From Balanoglossus misakiensis (Eukaryota; Animalia; Hemichordata), in assembly GCA_040954595.2 (NCBI GenBank), contig CM082588.2, forward strand, positions 9,532,844-9,596,843: 64,000 nt of DNA. The letters run 5' to 3'. A program made the translations under genes and the position numbers. Below the pieces are notes generated by a model. The model was not told where the DNA came from. It made no database searches and worked only from the letters and a program-made list of their open reading frames with translations. Positions 1-20,800 of this stretch are shown here, piece by piece; within the stretch, counting starts at the first letter, position 1; each line of letters starts with the position of its first letter.

Positions 1-422
1 TATACTTTTACTTCGTGAAATAAATATCGATATACAAACCTTTAACATGAAAAGAATTGCCTACCCATTGATTCGGGTCAAACCGCACACATTTATCAGC
101 ATGGTTTGCCTTACTTCGGCCATTCTGTGAATGCAAGTTTCTTTTCTCTTCTTGATTTTTCATGTATTCTATATTTGCAACACCCCCCCTCCCCCGCAAT
201 ATACCTGATTTCCCACCTCCACCCTCTTAATTACTAAACATTTGACTGGTGTCTTTCTTTCCCCTTCCTATTTATGGTTTTGCTCTTTGCTCTATAACTT
301 TTTCCCTAATAGCGGTAGCTATTTCCCGAGCAGCATTGTGCTGTTGTTTACCCAGTTTCTTTCTGAAATAAGAGGGAAACTTCCGACACATACTTGTCAC
401 TGCAGCCATAAAATTCAGTTAA

Positions 423-2219
423 AGTCCAGGTCCTGGCAAAATTTTACATTAATTTAAACAGGAATAAACGATGTCATGTCCAAGCATTTTTCCTGGAAAA
501 GGGCAAAAAAAATCTTTCAAAAATGTGTTTTTTAACAGAAAAAAACGTAATTTTGGGGTGACTTTTGTGGTATGCCGCTGATCGTGAAGTTTCGGATGTC
601 GCGCGTCCCTAATGGGAAAATGACGTCACTAGTGGAACACAAAATAATATCATGACTTGCGTTGTGCATTGAACGCCGGCGTCTACTTCAAAAATTGTGA
701 AATACGGTGTTGTTGGTGGGTGTAGCAACATGAATTTAACGACGATATATCGATGCAGAGCTTTCCCAGTGACCCAGGAGTAGCTTTGAAACGGGTTACT
801 AGGCGTACTGACTGAGTAAAATGCGAGACAGGTATCATTTGTGGTACACACTTGTGTGCGCCAGATCTCTTCGTTTGATACGTACAATGGTAAGCAGGTT
901 ATAGGACGAGGCTGGATTTAGTTCCAGGTGCCGTACCCTCCTTAAAATCACATAAACAGTAAATACCAACGATTTATTTTCCCCACAAATGCCGCAACCC
1001 ACTTCCAAATTCCAAACATGGCCGTGTTTGGAAGCTAGTACTACGACGCGTCGTCGCATTCAGAAATGTCAGCTATTACGGGTGAACCCTAAACACTAGG
1101 TCAACTGCTAGCTGCTCGGAAGTTGTTCGTATTTAGGATACGTATAACAGCAACAACTACCGTGCTAAGACATTTTATTAAATTAATTTATTAAAAAACA
1201 CCGATTACATGTATGTGGGTTTTGGTTCTTTGTGTTTTAATTTACCTCCTCCATTGGTTTACGCATGGTTTACGCAAGTCCGCTGGTGAAAACGCTCGCT
1301 TCCAACAAACGCCATTGATGATGCTATGGATGCGTTCGGTTGCTAACGGTGCCGAATCTATGATTTTTAATTTGCCAATCGTCACTAGATGAAATATTTG
1401 ACATATTTACACAACCATTTAAATACTGTCTAGATATTTTTGGGTCTATTTACTTTTCTCTTGCAACGATTTGACTTTCACCACGTCGCACATGCATGGC
1501 CATGGGATAGGGTGGTAAATGTTGTAAACATAAACAAAAACGGCACGGCAAGTCACGACGGCACGATACAGTACACATCGCCAACATCCATTAAATTGCT
1601 GCTGTATAACTATCAACATTTTGCCGAGTAATTTCCATTCTAACTAAATATGCACACAATTTTAAATTTTAGCGTGTGTGCACTGTTTGATGCGACTCAA
1701 TATCGCTCAGCTGTACAGCACTAGCACCTCGAACATAGTGACGTGTCGATGTTCTAGAAAATGTGTAATGATATTGGCTAGACATTACGATAGCGTCAAC
1801 AAGTTGGTCAATATCACCACCTTCGCTGTCACTTCTGGCATCACAAGTCATGCAGCCCCAGTCATCGGTTTCACTTTCAAAATCGTGCACCACCGCAGGC
1901 ACCGCGCCGTACGAATGGCAGACATGTTTGTTTATGTGTTCCACTAGTGACGTCACAGGTGCATGGGGTGAAAACGGCGCGTACTCGGCAATTTCCGGAA
2001 AATTCGCGCTGATTTTCTGAACACACTACAACATTTCGGGCGTTTTTTTTTAAGATTGACGCAATATATTTACATCCATATTTGATATTTAATACCAATA
2101 TATATACTATTTTGTATTGTAATATTTTATTTCTCTGTAACAATAATAGAAACAGCGATAACTCGGATACAAATGAGTAATGACAACAAAACGGAGCAAA
2201 ATGTGACAGGACATGGGCT
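423..2219 (+). mobile_element. Non-autonomous Kolobok-like DNA transposon (~1.8 kb) with degenerate THAP-domain relic
   Basis: TTAA on both flanks (419-422, 2220-2223). Imperfect TIRs AGTCCAGGTCCTGGCAAAATTTT vs reverse complement AGCCCATGTCCTGTCACATTTT. Subterminal inverted repeat TGACGTCACTAGTGGAACACA near 621 and 1935. About 695-985 translates, with frameshifts, as a THAP-like VKY.VVGGCSN..SFPSDP..ICGTH..PTI. Confidence 0.7.
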
Positions 2220-2762
2220 TTAATGTTAATTCTGTGGGTTAACATGGCATAAGAATCTTTCTCTCATCAGGCTGTTCACGGTATACCATTCGGTGTATCC
2301 AAACCGGTTCACATTACTTCTTCTTTGAATTTTATGTAGAGCAGATTTAGGTCCCTTTGTCTGTCAAGTGTGGGGCTATTGTGATGTAACCATGTGGTTA
2401 TGTCGTGCAAGCTGGTGAAGTCTCGTACTTGGTCAATGTCAGTGTTATATCATATGATTGGTCCATTTCAACGTTTTGAACTGAAATATAATCTCGAAAA
2501 AGGTGACACGTGGCATCTAAAATGATGTCTTTATGGAGAAAATCAGACAGTATCCAGCTGTCATCATTGACGCTAGTTCTTGAGGATCAGCGAGTTGATC
2601 TCTTTGTGTACGGCGTACACTTTGAGAAAAGGTTCAGGGAGTGGAGAGGGACGAATGGCCGTGAAGTGCGACTCGATGCGCGTCGTTTCAATACCAAATT
2701 CAAGTCTGATTTATTCTGAAAACTCTACGGTTTATATACATTGGTTTCAACTGTGACATTTA

Positions 2763-3502
2763 AGTGCCTTTCTCACGTGCCGTCAACGCCGCCCCAGCGG
2801 CTGCCCTAGGGCGGCGTTAATTTGTAAGTGCCACGTGTGAAAAGGTGAGAGCGGCCCTGCGCCGCTCTTTTTTGTGACGGTGTTGAGGGGTGGGACCTGG
2901 GTTGGGGCGCCGCACTAAACAGCGATTCAAATCACGTGTGAACAGAAACACTGCACTAAACGCCGATCTAAACGCACTCTGCCGACGCGGTTTGTCTCAT
3001 TAAGCGCTGCATTAAGCGTTGAGGTTCACTTTACTAAACAATGGCCGAAGCAGTGTCTCGAGGCAACAATTGGAGTGACGCGGAAATGGCCAAGGCACAT
3101 ACAAAGGAATTGCAAACTCGACCTCCGACGACGATTTAGTAGCATGGACTGCAGTCTTCCAGGCGCAACCTCCAATGAAAGGTTACCATAAACCGGTATC
3201 GGTTCATTCAAATGCCCATGAAATCGGCGTCGGCGACGTTTAAAAAGCAAATTCAGGAGTACCATATACAGTAGCTCTGGACTTATACGCTGTTTGGGTA
3301 TAAGTCCAGAGCTACATATACAGTAAACACATCACTGAATTGTGACCTTTAGCCACGCTGCTGTGGACGCATTGAGTGCGGTGATCCTGTCCCTTTTATA
3401 CACATGTGAATGCAAAACTATTTGAGTCGCTGATAAGAAATGTTTACCAACTTTTATAATCCCAAAAAGGGCGCCCTAATCATTGCACGTGTGCAAGCGA
3501 CT
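2763..3502. mobile_element. PIF/Harbinger-like MITE (740 bp) inserted in the BEL LTR
   Basis: Comparison with the uninterrupted LTR copy (…GACATTTAGTAAC at ~5165) shows a TTA duplication (2760-2762, 3503-3505). Imperfect TIRs AGTGCCTTTCTCACGTGC / AGTCGCTTGCACACGTGC. Confidence 0.75.
3272..3314. mobile_element. 43-bp hairpin mini-element with 9-bp direct flanking repeat
   Basis: TAGCTCTGGACTTATAC-(9 nt)-GTATAAGTCCAGAGCTA is a perfect 17-bp inverted repeat, flanked by CATATACAG on both sides (3263-3271, 3315-3323). Confidence 0.65.
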
Positions 3503-4562
3503 TTAGTAACACAGCACAATTAGTAGAACAATGGCATTTGGAAGCTGTGAACTCGTGGCTTTACAGAGAAGAAAGAACAATATGTAAGATAAAGAATGCC
3601 CATTCCCAATAAACAGACAGTGTATGGGCTTAACTCTTATTCCCAGGAGTTGGTAGGCGAAGCCTGCCTTGAACATCACACGGTTCCCAACATCCTCCCG
3701 CCCGCAAAGATTGAAATTGAAATACAAACTTCAGGAAAAAAATCACAATGGAAATTCTACACGTAACAAGTCATCGCACTTGGCATACATCAAAAATGTT
3801 GGAATCTCAAATCCGAAAATCGATATCACAAACAGGTACACATAAATTCAAGTTCAACTGTAGTATCTAAGCAAATCATAAAGTAGTAGAAAGGCTTCAA
3901 ATTAGACTAGAAAAATATCGAATACGCTACAATGTGAAATCTCTCATTCCTAACTAATATACTGAACCTCGAGAGTCCGATTGAGGTTTTCAAGTACCAC
4001 GTATAAAACAGAAATATTGTCTCTCGTTTACTTCGTGTAGTCTGCGGGACGTCATCCGCTTGTCTCTGGCTCCCTTCACCCACTGCATTCGATGATTGTG
4101 AAACCAAACCTTTACCTGTCTTTCTGTGGGTGTCGTGTTCTGCCGAATGCTGTCTAATTCTCTTGTCTGCTTCTTGGTGGTGGAGGTCGTCCGTTCTTTA
4201 CTTGTTGTCTCGTTCAGGTCAAGCTGTTAGCTGTCGTCGTTGTTTTCACTGCTTTCAGAGGTGATGTTACCAACCTCGCTGTTGCTGCTCTCGTTGCTTG
4301 ACCGCTGCGCTGTCGATGGAGGGGTCGTGTTCGGGTTGGCTCTGCAGCTGCTGTTGTCTAGGTCGTTGGTCGAGGCGTTGATGCTGGTCCCCGTGTTGAC
4401 TGCGATGGTGGTTTGTCTGGCTGGCGGCTCCACCTCCATGGTCACTGTCGGTTGGTGGTCGGTGGTGACGGCGTTGCTCGGGTTTATGCTGCAGCTGGGA
4501 CTGTTCGGCGTTGCGCTGGTCTCGGGTGAAACTTTGGAGGTTGCGGGTACGTCGTGAGGCTT

Positions 4563-4994
4563 TCAACGACCTTGGTCTTGTGGCGTAGCACTCAATGGTG
4601 GTGAGATACTCGGCATTTGGTAACTCGACTTGGTTCCAGGGTAGTTACCGATCTCCGATGTTGAGTATCTCGGTGTTGAGGTGTTCGAGGTCGATGTACT
4701 TACTGTGCGTTTGAGGATTCCTTTGAATTTGACTAAGAAGTAGGTGATTTCGATGTCGTAGTCGTCAGCTGTCTCGATTTCTTCGTCGAAGGCTTCTCCT
4801 TCCAGGCCGTCTAGGATTTTCTCGTCTAAGAGCTTGATGATCTTGAGTTTCTCTGTCATGTGTCGGATTGTGGACTTCAGGAGAACGATCTGGTCTTGGT
4901 GAGGAACTTCGGCTGTATTTAAATTTTCAACCCTACGGATGAGTTTAGTCATCTGACTGCGGTGGCCCCTTCTGTTGCGCTTGTCCTTCTCCAT
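4563..4994 (-). CDS. BEL/Pao gag N-terminal-like ORF (143 aa, truncated)
   Basis: ATG immediately after the PBS. MEKDKRNRRGHRSQMTKL...LKIIKLLDEKIL...FDEEIETADDY resembles the coiled N-terminus of BEL/Pao gag. No CCHC knuckles or pol follow. Confidence 0.6.
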   Translation of the reverse strand: MEKDKRNRRGHRSQMTKLIRRVENLNTAEVPHQDQIVLLKSTIRHMTEKLKIIKLLDEKILDGLEGEAFDEEIETADDYDIEITYFLVKFKGILKRTVSTSTSNTSTPRYSTSEIGNYPGTKSSYQMPSISPPLSATPQDQGR

Positions 4995-6094
4995 CCTGGT
5001 CTCGGCACCAAAAAATATACGGCGTACACTTTGAGAAAAGGTTCAAGGGAGTGGAGAGGGACGAATGGCCGTGAAGTGCGACTCGATGCGCGTCGTTTCA
5101 ATACCAAATTCAAGTCTGATTTATTCTGAAAACTCTACGGTTTATATACATTGGTTTCAACTGTGACATTTAGTAACACAGCACAATTAGTAGAACAATG
5201 GCATTTGGAAGCTGTGAACTCGTGGCTTTACAGAGAAGAAAGAACAATATGTAAGATAAAAAATGCCCATTCCCAATAAACAGACAGTGTATGGGCTTAG
5301 CTCTAATTCGATCGTGTGTTGAGAAAGCTAAAACCGCAGCATGATTTAGGAGGCTTTTATGACATTGTGAACTTTAGTGACCGTCACCCTGTTGTCAAAG
5401 TGGACCTTGTACACATGTTCTAGAAAAGAGAAACAGCAGAAATGATACCATGGTGATGTCCAGAATGTAGAAAACCTGTCCGACTGAACATATCTAGTAC
5501 AATATTTTTTTTTCAGCGTCAGTATAACATGTATAAGTAAGCTGCATCTATTCAGGTTGAAATTCAAGAATTTGCTGATTCCTCATGTAGTGGGCACTAG
5601 CCGTTTTTCCCTACTGGCCGATTCCTCCCGAGCGCACACTGACCGATTCCTGCTACTGACCGAATACTCTCGGCACACCGTCCACAACCTCCATTGCAGA
5701 ACGACTTACTTTCGCCCAAACATGAATACGTACACTCACTGCTAATTCACAAACTATGAACATGAAATCAGATTGAGTTGCCTATACCGGTACGTAGGTA
5801 TACAATAATCTATTCAAATTATGCTACAGTTACTACTTCAAACTGATATATAGCTAATGGCAGATTTTCAGTGAGTGGTACACACGAAAAACAGGGTGCC
5901 ATCATATGTTCTTTAGAACACTCAGATACACCATTTTAGCCATTTATGGACATATGCAAGTTTGAGGGCCCGTGTACCTTCAACATATTCACAAATAGCG
6001 CATTTATGGGTGAAGTCGTTGTCAGAAGAATTGTTGCCATTACAGACTAAACATTAACTTTATTAATTTCATAGGGGATTCATTGTTTGTGATC

Positions 6095-14687
<8,593 letters not shown>

Positions 14688-14732
14688 AGGCGTCTTCACA
14701 TATACGAGAAAGGCGTCTTCACATATACGAGA
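14688..14732 (+). repeat. 22-bp tandem duplication just after the stop codon
   Basis: AGGCGTCTTCACATATACGAGA occurs twice. Confidence 0.85.
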
Positions 14733-16654
14733 TTCTTTTTTTTGTTTTTGACATAGAATGCCATTTCAATAACTTCAGCTTCTATTACATTTATTAAATT
14801 ACAAATTCATGACTTAATGTGTTTATCTGATTAAAGTTAACGGTATATACACCTGTTACTTTTTACAAAATTAAAGTGGAAGGTTACTCAAAATTTTGAG
14901 TTTCAGAGTACATTAGGGATGTCAACAATGGCAATGTTCCAGTGTCTTAATTAGATTTCACTTCCGCGTACTACCGGGTACAGGAAGAGTGACATCAGCA
15001 CAGGTTGACCAAAAGTCGACAATATTACAGCACGTGCGAGAAATGTTGTGGGAAGTGTCGGTTTGATTTCAGATGCAGAAGGGTGACATTCTGGCGCTGG
15101 ATAACCTCTATGTAGGTCATTCGAGTTTGGGATTCACCGGGGAGAGACGACTCTTGGTCAGCCTTACCACGGACTGAAGAGGAGCAATTTTAATTTGGGA
15201 CTTTACTGGGCTGTGGTAACTTTCCTTTGCCACCCTCGAATACACTTTTACAGATGGTTTGTGTTTTTATCACATGAACTGGCCCGTATAGCCACCCGTG
15301 TGACGTAGAACAGGTCGAACAAAAAATCCGAATTTTCCTCTGTTCTACGTCATCAACCGGAACTATTTTCGCTGATTCGCCCGTCGCTATAACGTCCTTG
15401 TAAAACGGAATAACAAGTGCATAAACCCGTAGTTGTACACGATTGAAATAAAATTATGAAAATTGCTTTAAAATTAGTGCAATGACATCGTTTACAGCGT
15501 TTTTCCCCGAAAATAGCAAAAAAAAACCCTAATATTTATGTTTACTTACGGTTGCCCTGTCGCCATTTTGTCGAGTTCCAACACCAGCAACCCTGCTCCT
15601 GACGCGAGACAGGCCGGGTTAAGTTCAAAGGTCATATGACGTAATTTGCGTCATCAGCGTAGCAACTCAGAGTCGTTCGATTGCAACGCGCGCGACTCGG
15701 GTTGCTATTCGGGTCGCAATCGAACTCGGCCTTGGATGTCTAAAAAGGGTCGCTGGTCACGAGAGCGCCATCAATGCAGGAGAAAATACACTGCCGTGTG
15801 CGCAGAGGCGAAAGGTTAATAATTGAGCATGGAGACTACGCCATGTTTATAGATAACCTATGCTCAGGCACAAACATGCATACTTGTCTGATTTCACAGA
15901 ATGTCTAACACAGAATGCGTTTCTGCGTAAATATTACTTGTCTGAGAAAACTTATCTCTCTTTTCCGCCCTATACATCTCAGGTAAAATGAGAATTCCCT
16001 GCAGTGTTTTCCACCCTTTAGCCATTAATAATAGTAATGTTCAACGCAGAGAAGCAAAACCTCACAGGTTTAAAATGTCGACACAATACCATTTTCTGTG
16101 ACAACAACGTTGCTACTTGTACTTTGCTCTTCTATTCAATGATAAGTACACACAATTGCTAAAGTTTTGCCGCAAACCGAACGTCGAAATCACTTGATCT
16201 TTCTGTACTGCGCATGACAGTTCGTCATACTGCTATTTTCAGAATTCTCGGAAAGCTATGCGACGTCTCCGATCTTATCGTCTGTTGGACCACTTGAAGC
16301 GTACGTACTTGTAAAGATTTAGTGATTATCTCCTGGCCTGTGAACAAGAGATATTTTCGGGGGCCGTCGCAATTGATATTTGTACGAGATCATTTACATG
16401 GAAATGAGCACCGTTATGATCGGAGTGTAAATGCGGGGGGGGGGGGGGGGACGAACCAAGTGCGCATTTCCTTCATGAATGTTGTATGAAGAATATGGCC
16501 GTTGCTGGCGTTACTGTGAACCTGGTTATATAGTTGGTTACTCTGGTGGCAAATCAGAAATCGCCTGTAATTTACGAGACTTGTGCACACAAGTTCTTTA
16601 TGAGCTAGCGTAGAGCCATGCCCTCAGAACAATGCTGCATTGTACTTGACTTAA

Positions 16655-16925
16655 TGGGACAAAGTCCCTCTCTCGCTGCCCTTTTTCCATTAATTATGTT
16701 TGATACAAGACACCGTTTATGTTATTCTACATGCGGATATATAGTGAATAAACGTTCGACCACACACAACTTCCATCCCGTTTGTAGGATATGAGAGTAA
16801 AAATCTCAACAAAATGAATAAACGGTAGAGACTGATTATTCATTTTGGTGAGATTTTCACTCTCGTGTGTACAAGTGGGGTGAAAGTTGTGTGTGGTTGA
16901 ACATTTATTCACTGTATATCGTACA
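16655..16925. mobile_element. Partial copy of AGGGACAAAGTC MITE
   Basis: TTAA|TGGGACAAAGTCCCTCTCTCGCTGCCCTTTTTCCATTAATTATG… matches 6614-6959. The other end is missing. Confidence 0.75.
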
Positions 16926-17199
16926 TTTTCGATTCCGTCTGCATATGTGAGAAAAAAGTTCAGACTATAGTTTAAAGCTTGCCCTATCGTCGCCCGTACC
17001 TTGGACGTATCACAGATGGCCGGACAGTAAAATGGCAAATTACCCATTTGTGTTGATTACTTTTTTTCTAAAGACATAGCACATTCACCGCCAAGACAAC
17101 CCACTGGCACACATCTTGAAACGGTCACTACGGTCATCACAGGGGTGTCGTCTCGCGACGGTTTTCAAGCCTGTGGTGATAATTGTAGAGCAGGGTTAC

Positions 17200-17495
17200 A
17201 TTTCATGAAAAAAACAAATGCTGCAGTAGGTTTTATCAGTTTGAGGGAATGTCCACGAGTTGAAGAGTGAGATGTTATCTTGAAGGGAGAATTTGAAATA
17301 TTGTATAGTCCGTGTGTAAACTTGTAAACTTCTATCATGTCCCCACGGGCACGCCCGTATGTTAGACTGGGTAGATCCAATGCTTTCAACCTGTCTGGAT
17401 ATGGCAGTTTACTGAGTCGTGGTATTAACTTTGTAGCATGTCTTTGCACTGATTCAATGGTGTTGATCTGGTTTTGTTTATGTGGAGTCCAACCT
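17200..17495 (-). mobile_element. CR1-type LINE, C-terminal ORF2 fragment
   Basis: QRHATKLIPRLSKLPYPDRLKALDLPSLTY..ARGDMIEVYK…TRGHSLKL is the typical CR1 post-RT motif series. Confidence 0.8.
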
Positions 17496-17639
17496 CATGA
17501 AGTTGAACGTATAAAAAGCGATAGCACGAGTCGTTCCTTCTCTAAAACTTTGCGAAATATTTCCAAAGAGACAGTTTCGCTGTTGCTCTGACGTGCGTAC
17601 ACCACTGTAGGCCTACTCCTCGCCCGCCTGCAAACTTGC

Positions 17640-18041
17640 TTACATAAACGTACTCCTGCTCGTCGGTTTGTGCGGATTTTCCTGCCGCGGTCAGCGCACC
17701 GATGGTTCACAACGAACGGACTTGGATCATGATGACGCGGCGGGCGAGGAACAACCACCGACGTGTACAGTGAACTGCCAGCTTCCTTCTACCACGGGAA
17801 ATTTAAGCATACCCATGTATGATGGACATGCAGGACCCAAGGGACAGAAGGGAGAAACAGGTGACCCCGGTTAACTATGTCCTCAAGGACGCCCGGGATT
17901 GACAAGAGCGAAAGGCGACGCCGGTCCATTCACATGGCCACCGGGGATACGCTGTCGTTAATCTTGGTGGATGGACGGACATTCAGTGCTTTAGATGGAA
18001 AAGAAGCGACGTTCAACGGATTTCTGTTGTATAAGGACTAA
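17640..18041 (+). pseudogene. Internally deleted collagen-C1q (C1qDC/CTRP-like) pseudogene
   Basis: Hydrophobic leader remnant (INVLLLVGLCGFSCRG). Gly-X-Y run GHAGPKGQKGETGDPG*..QGRPGL..AKGDAGP contains a stop and Gly substitutions. It then jumps to a C1q C-terminus HMATGDTLSLIL..EATFNGFLLYKD*. AATAAA at ~18058. Confidence 0.7.
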
Positions 18042-18559
18042 GACTCTCCGCGCATGAAATAAAAACTTCTAGCGCCGCTGCAGCTGGATTGTTCCACATG
18101 TCATGGCATTGGTTTCAAACATATAAAGAATTGTGCATTTATTCTGCTTATTTACACACAGCTGCACAAGAAATTTCCCGAGTTCAAGTCACGTTGCAAA
18201 TCCTTTCATAAAATTGTTTTGTTTTAGTGTGGTTGTTAGTTTTTCAGCGTTATAATCGCCTATTTTCTTATTTTCATTTGATAATTAGACGTATGTACTC
18301 ATGGGGTGGACGTAAGTTTTCACATCTTTGAATGAACTTCAAGTTCGACCAGCTTTTATCGATGATCATTATACAATGTATTGTGACTTCCTTATTTGAC
18401 GGACACGGTTAAGATCTTTGTTCAGATCAATAGGAAACTGCCGACGTTAAAGGTTACCTGCAAAGAGAACGCCCTCAACGGATCCACCGGGTCCAGTTTT
18501 ACTGATTGGGTATGGCAAGCCAAACGTTGCAATATTCTTGAAAAACTATTTTCTTGTTG

Positions 18560-20655
18560 TATTTGAGCTATTTTTACTTTAATCCCTAAAACAAGTGACA
18601 GTAGCTTATTGAAAAACTAGCGTCCTGTCTCTGTCTTATGTTCGGACTACAAAATTTTAACGAAAGCCTTGTCAATTCGTCTTCGGACTGTTTTATCAGA
18701 TATTATTGATATTGATCAAAGTTACTGTGTCCCTGGAAGGCGTATTTCTGATAATATCACTCTTATTCGTGATGTTGTTCAGTATGCTAATGATCAGAAT
18801 AGGACGCTTGGTATTTTGTCGTTGGATCAGGAAAAGGCTTTCGACCGTGTCCATCACAGTTGGTCCAAATTTTATTAGCTATATTAGACTCCTTTACTCT
18901 AGCACTGAAAGTCTTTTGAAGCTGAATAATGAGCGTACTGCACCAATCTCTTTTAATCGCAGTATCCGGCAGGGGTGCTCTTTGTCGGGCCAGTTGTACT
19001 CAATCTGCATAGAGCCTTTTCTACATAACGTTCGTACTCAGAGCAACATGCGTGGTTTTGAACTTCCAAAGTCCAATAGGAAGCGTTGTCACTTATCGGC
19101 GTATGCAGACGATATAAGCTTTATGATGAGTCATGATGACGACTTTATGGATTTACAGCATTGGATTAACATTTATGAAAGAGCTTCTAATGCGAGGATT
19201 ACTTATTTTAAATCTAAGGGCTTGTGGTGTGGTAGATGGAAAGGGCGGGATGACTCTCCTATAAATATCAAGTGGTCTTCCAGTGGATTAAAATTGTTAG
19301 GTGTTTTTGTCGGGAACGAGGCTGCCTATGCTGTTAAGAATTGGGAGGACATGAGTCGGATGATTGATGCTAAACTGAATGAGTGGAAGCGGTTTGCAAC
19401 TGCGTTATCGTATCAAGGCCGTGTTTTGGTCATTAATCAGTTGGCCGCTACAAAGATTCTTCATCGTTTAGCAGTTATTTCACTTCCCAAAGATCTTATT
19501 GATGCTCTTCAGCAGAAATTTCTTAACTTTTTGTGGCAAGGTCGTCATTGGGTTGCTAGGGAAACTGTGTATCTACCCGTTAAAAAGGGTGGGCAGGGTC
19601 TTATTCATCTCCAGTCTCGCTTAAATGCTCTTAGGTTACAGCACCTTCAACGATATTCATATGGGGATGAGAAACATCCTTGTTATTTTTTCTTTGACTA
19701 TTATCTTGGCAATATCGAAGATCTGCATTATGACAAACAACTTTTTTGTGTCGGTTTAAAAGATTTGAGAGTTAATACTTTTATGCCAAATTTCTATCAT
19801 AATAATAATAATAATAATTTATTCAGTACCAATGGCCACCGGCCAAACTGTACAAAAAATCCAAATATTACAGGTATTTGACGCTAGTACGGTATAAAAA
19901 AAATTTCTATCATGGTGTGTGGAGGGTGATTAATTCGAGATCCTTGGTTATTAGACGTGATGGAAAACCCTCCCTATACCATTGGAGGTGTTTTAAATGA
20001 GCCGCTGTTTTTGAACAAGTTAATAATTAACCTGAGCACGGGTCATTATTTTCGCATTGATCAGTTTGCAAGTGGGGGTCTGACAAAGGTTGTTGACCTT
20101 ATAAATTTAAATGATCGCAAGTGGGAAACTATTCATGAACTTGAGTGTGAGCTTTCTATTCGTTCCCAACGTATTATTGCCTCTAAACTGCATTTATTTA
20201 AAGAAGCAATTTTGAAGGGTTTTCGTACCATAATTAGCAACTTTTTTGATATTAGTACTTGTAGTCCCATTATTCAGGAGGCACTGAACAATCCATTGTA
20301 TCACTATACCCTCAGCACTTCACTTGCTGAAAAAAAGCGATGATATACAGACTTGTCTTTACAAACTTGAAAAAGGAGCTATTTACACCTTTCTCATTGA
20401 TAATCTTTATGAGCGAGGGTTCTTCAAAATTCCCGACTGAATTGTTGTGTAATCCAGCTACTGTGAAGCCCAACTATGGCATAATCTATGATAGACCTAT
20501 ATACAAAAAAGAGGGTGACATACAGTGGCGTTTCCTCCACGGTGCTATTTCTACAGGTGTCTATTTGCATTCGGCTGGTTATATAGACAACGCGAATTGC
20601 CCGTTTTGTAGTAATCATATTGACACCATTAGGCATATGTTTATAGGTAGGCATG
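18560..20655 (+). mobile_element. 5'-truncated, degraded Tx1/L1-clade LINE ORF2 (RT + C-terminal Cys domain)
   Basis: TLIPK..KN*RPVSVLCSDYKIL, LDQEKAFDRV, RQGCSLSG.LY, AYADD, CPFC…H, with several frameshifts and stops. Confidence 0.85.
19801..19900 (-). mobile_element. 100-bp retroposed 3' tail with 13-bp TSD inside the LINE
   Basis: AAATTTCTATCAT is duplicated at 19788-19800 and 19901-19913. The minus strand ends AATAAA(TTA)n. Confidence 0.75.
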
Positions 20656-20657
20656 TA

Positions 20658-20800
20658 TGATAAAGGGGTTATTACACGAATTTTGGTCGATAACGCGAGT
20701 GATGTCCGTATATCGTGCAAAGCAACGAGTCAGAATACGGACATCACTCGAATACGACGCGTTATCGACCAAATTTAGTGTAATAACCCCTAATTATCTT
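20658..20800. mobile_element. Palindromic (foldback) MITE-like element
   Basis: GGGGTTATTACACGAATTTTGGTCGATAACGCG.GTGATGTCCGTA pairs with TACGGACATCAC..CGCGTTATCGACCAAATTTAGTGTAATAACCCC. Confidence 0.65.

Larger units (their letters stand above)
2607..5309 (-). mobile_element. Internally deleted (non-autonomous) BEL/Pao-like LTR retrotransposon
   Basis: Direct repeats 2607-3692 (split by an insertion) and 5016-~5309 (truncated). Minus-strand PBS TGGTGCCGAGACCAGGAT at ~4993-5010. PPT GCGGGCGGGAGGA at 3693-3705 abuts the TG of the LTR. The internal region is only ~1.3 kb and has no pol. Confidence 0.8.

Noticed and set aside
4240-4557. Very hydrophobic 105-aa ORF that looks like a multi-pass membrane protein
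   Set aside because: It is the antisense shadow of Ser/Thr/Asn/Gln-rich low-complexity sequence inside the BEL element.
15280-15820. CpG-rich block ending GAAAGGTTAA, possibly a piggyBac-like end
   Set aside because: I could not find a matching opposite TIR or TTAA, so boundaries and class are unsupported.
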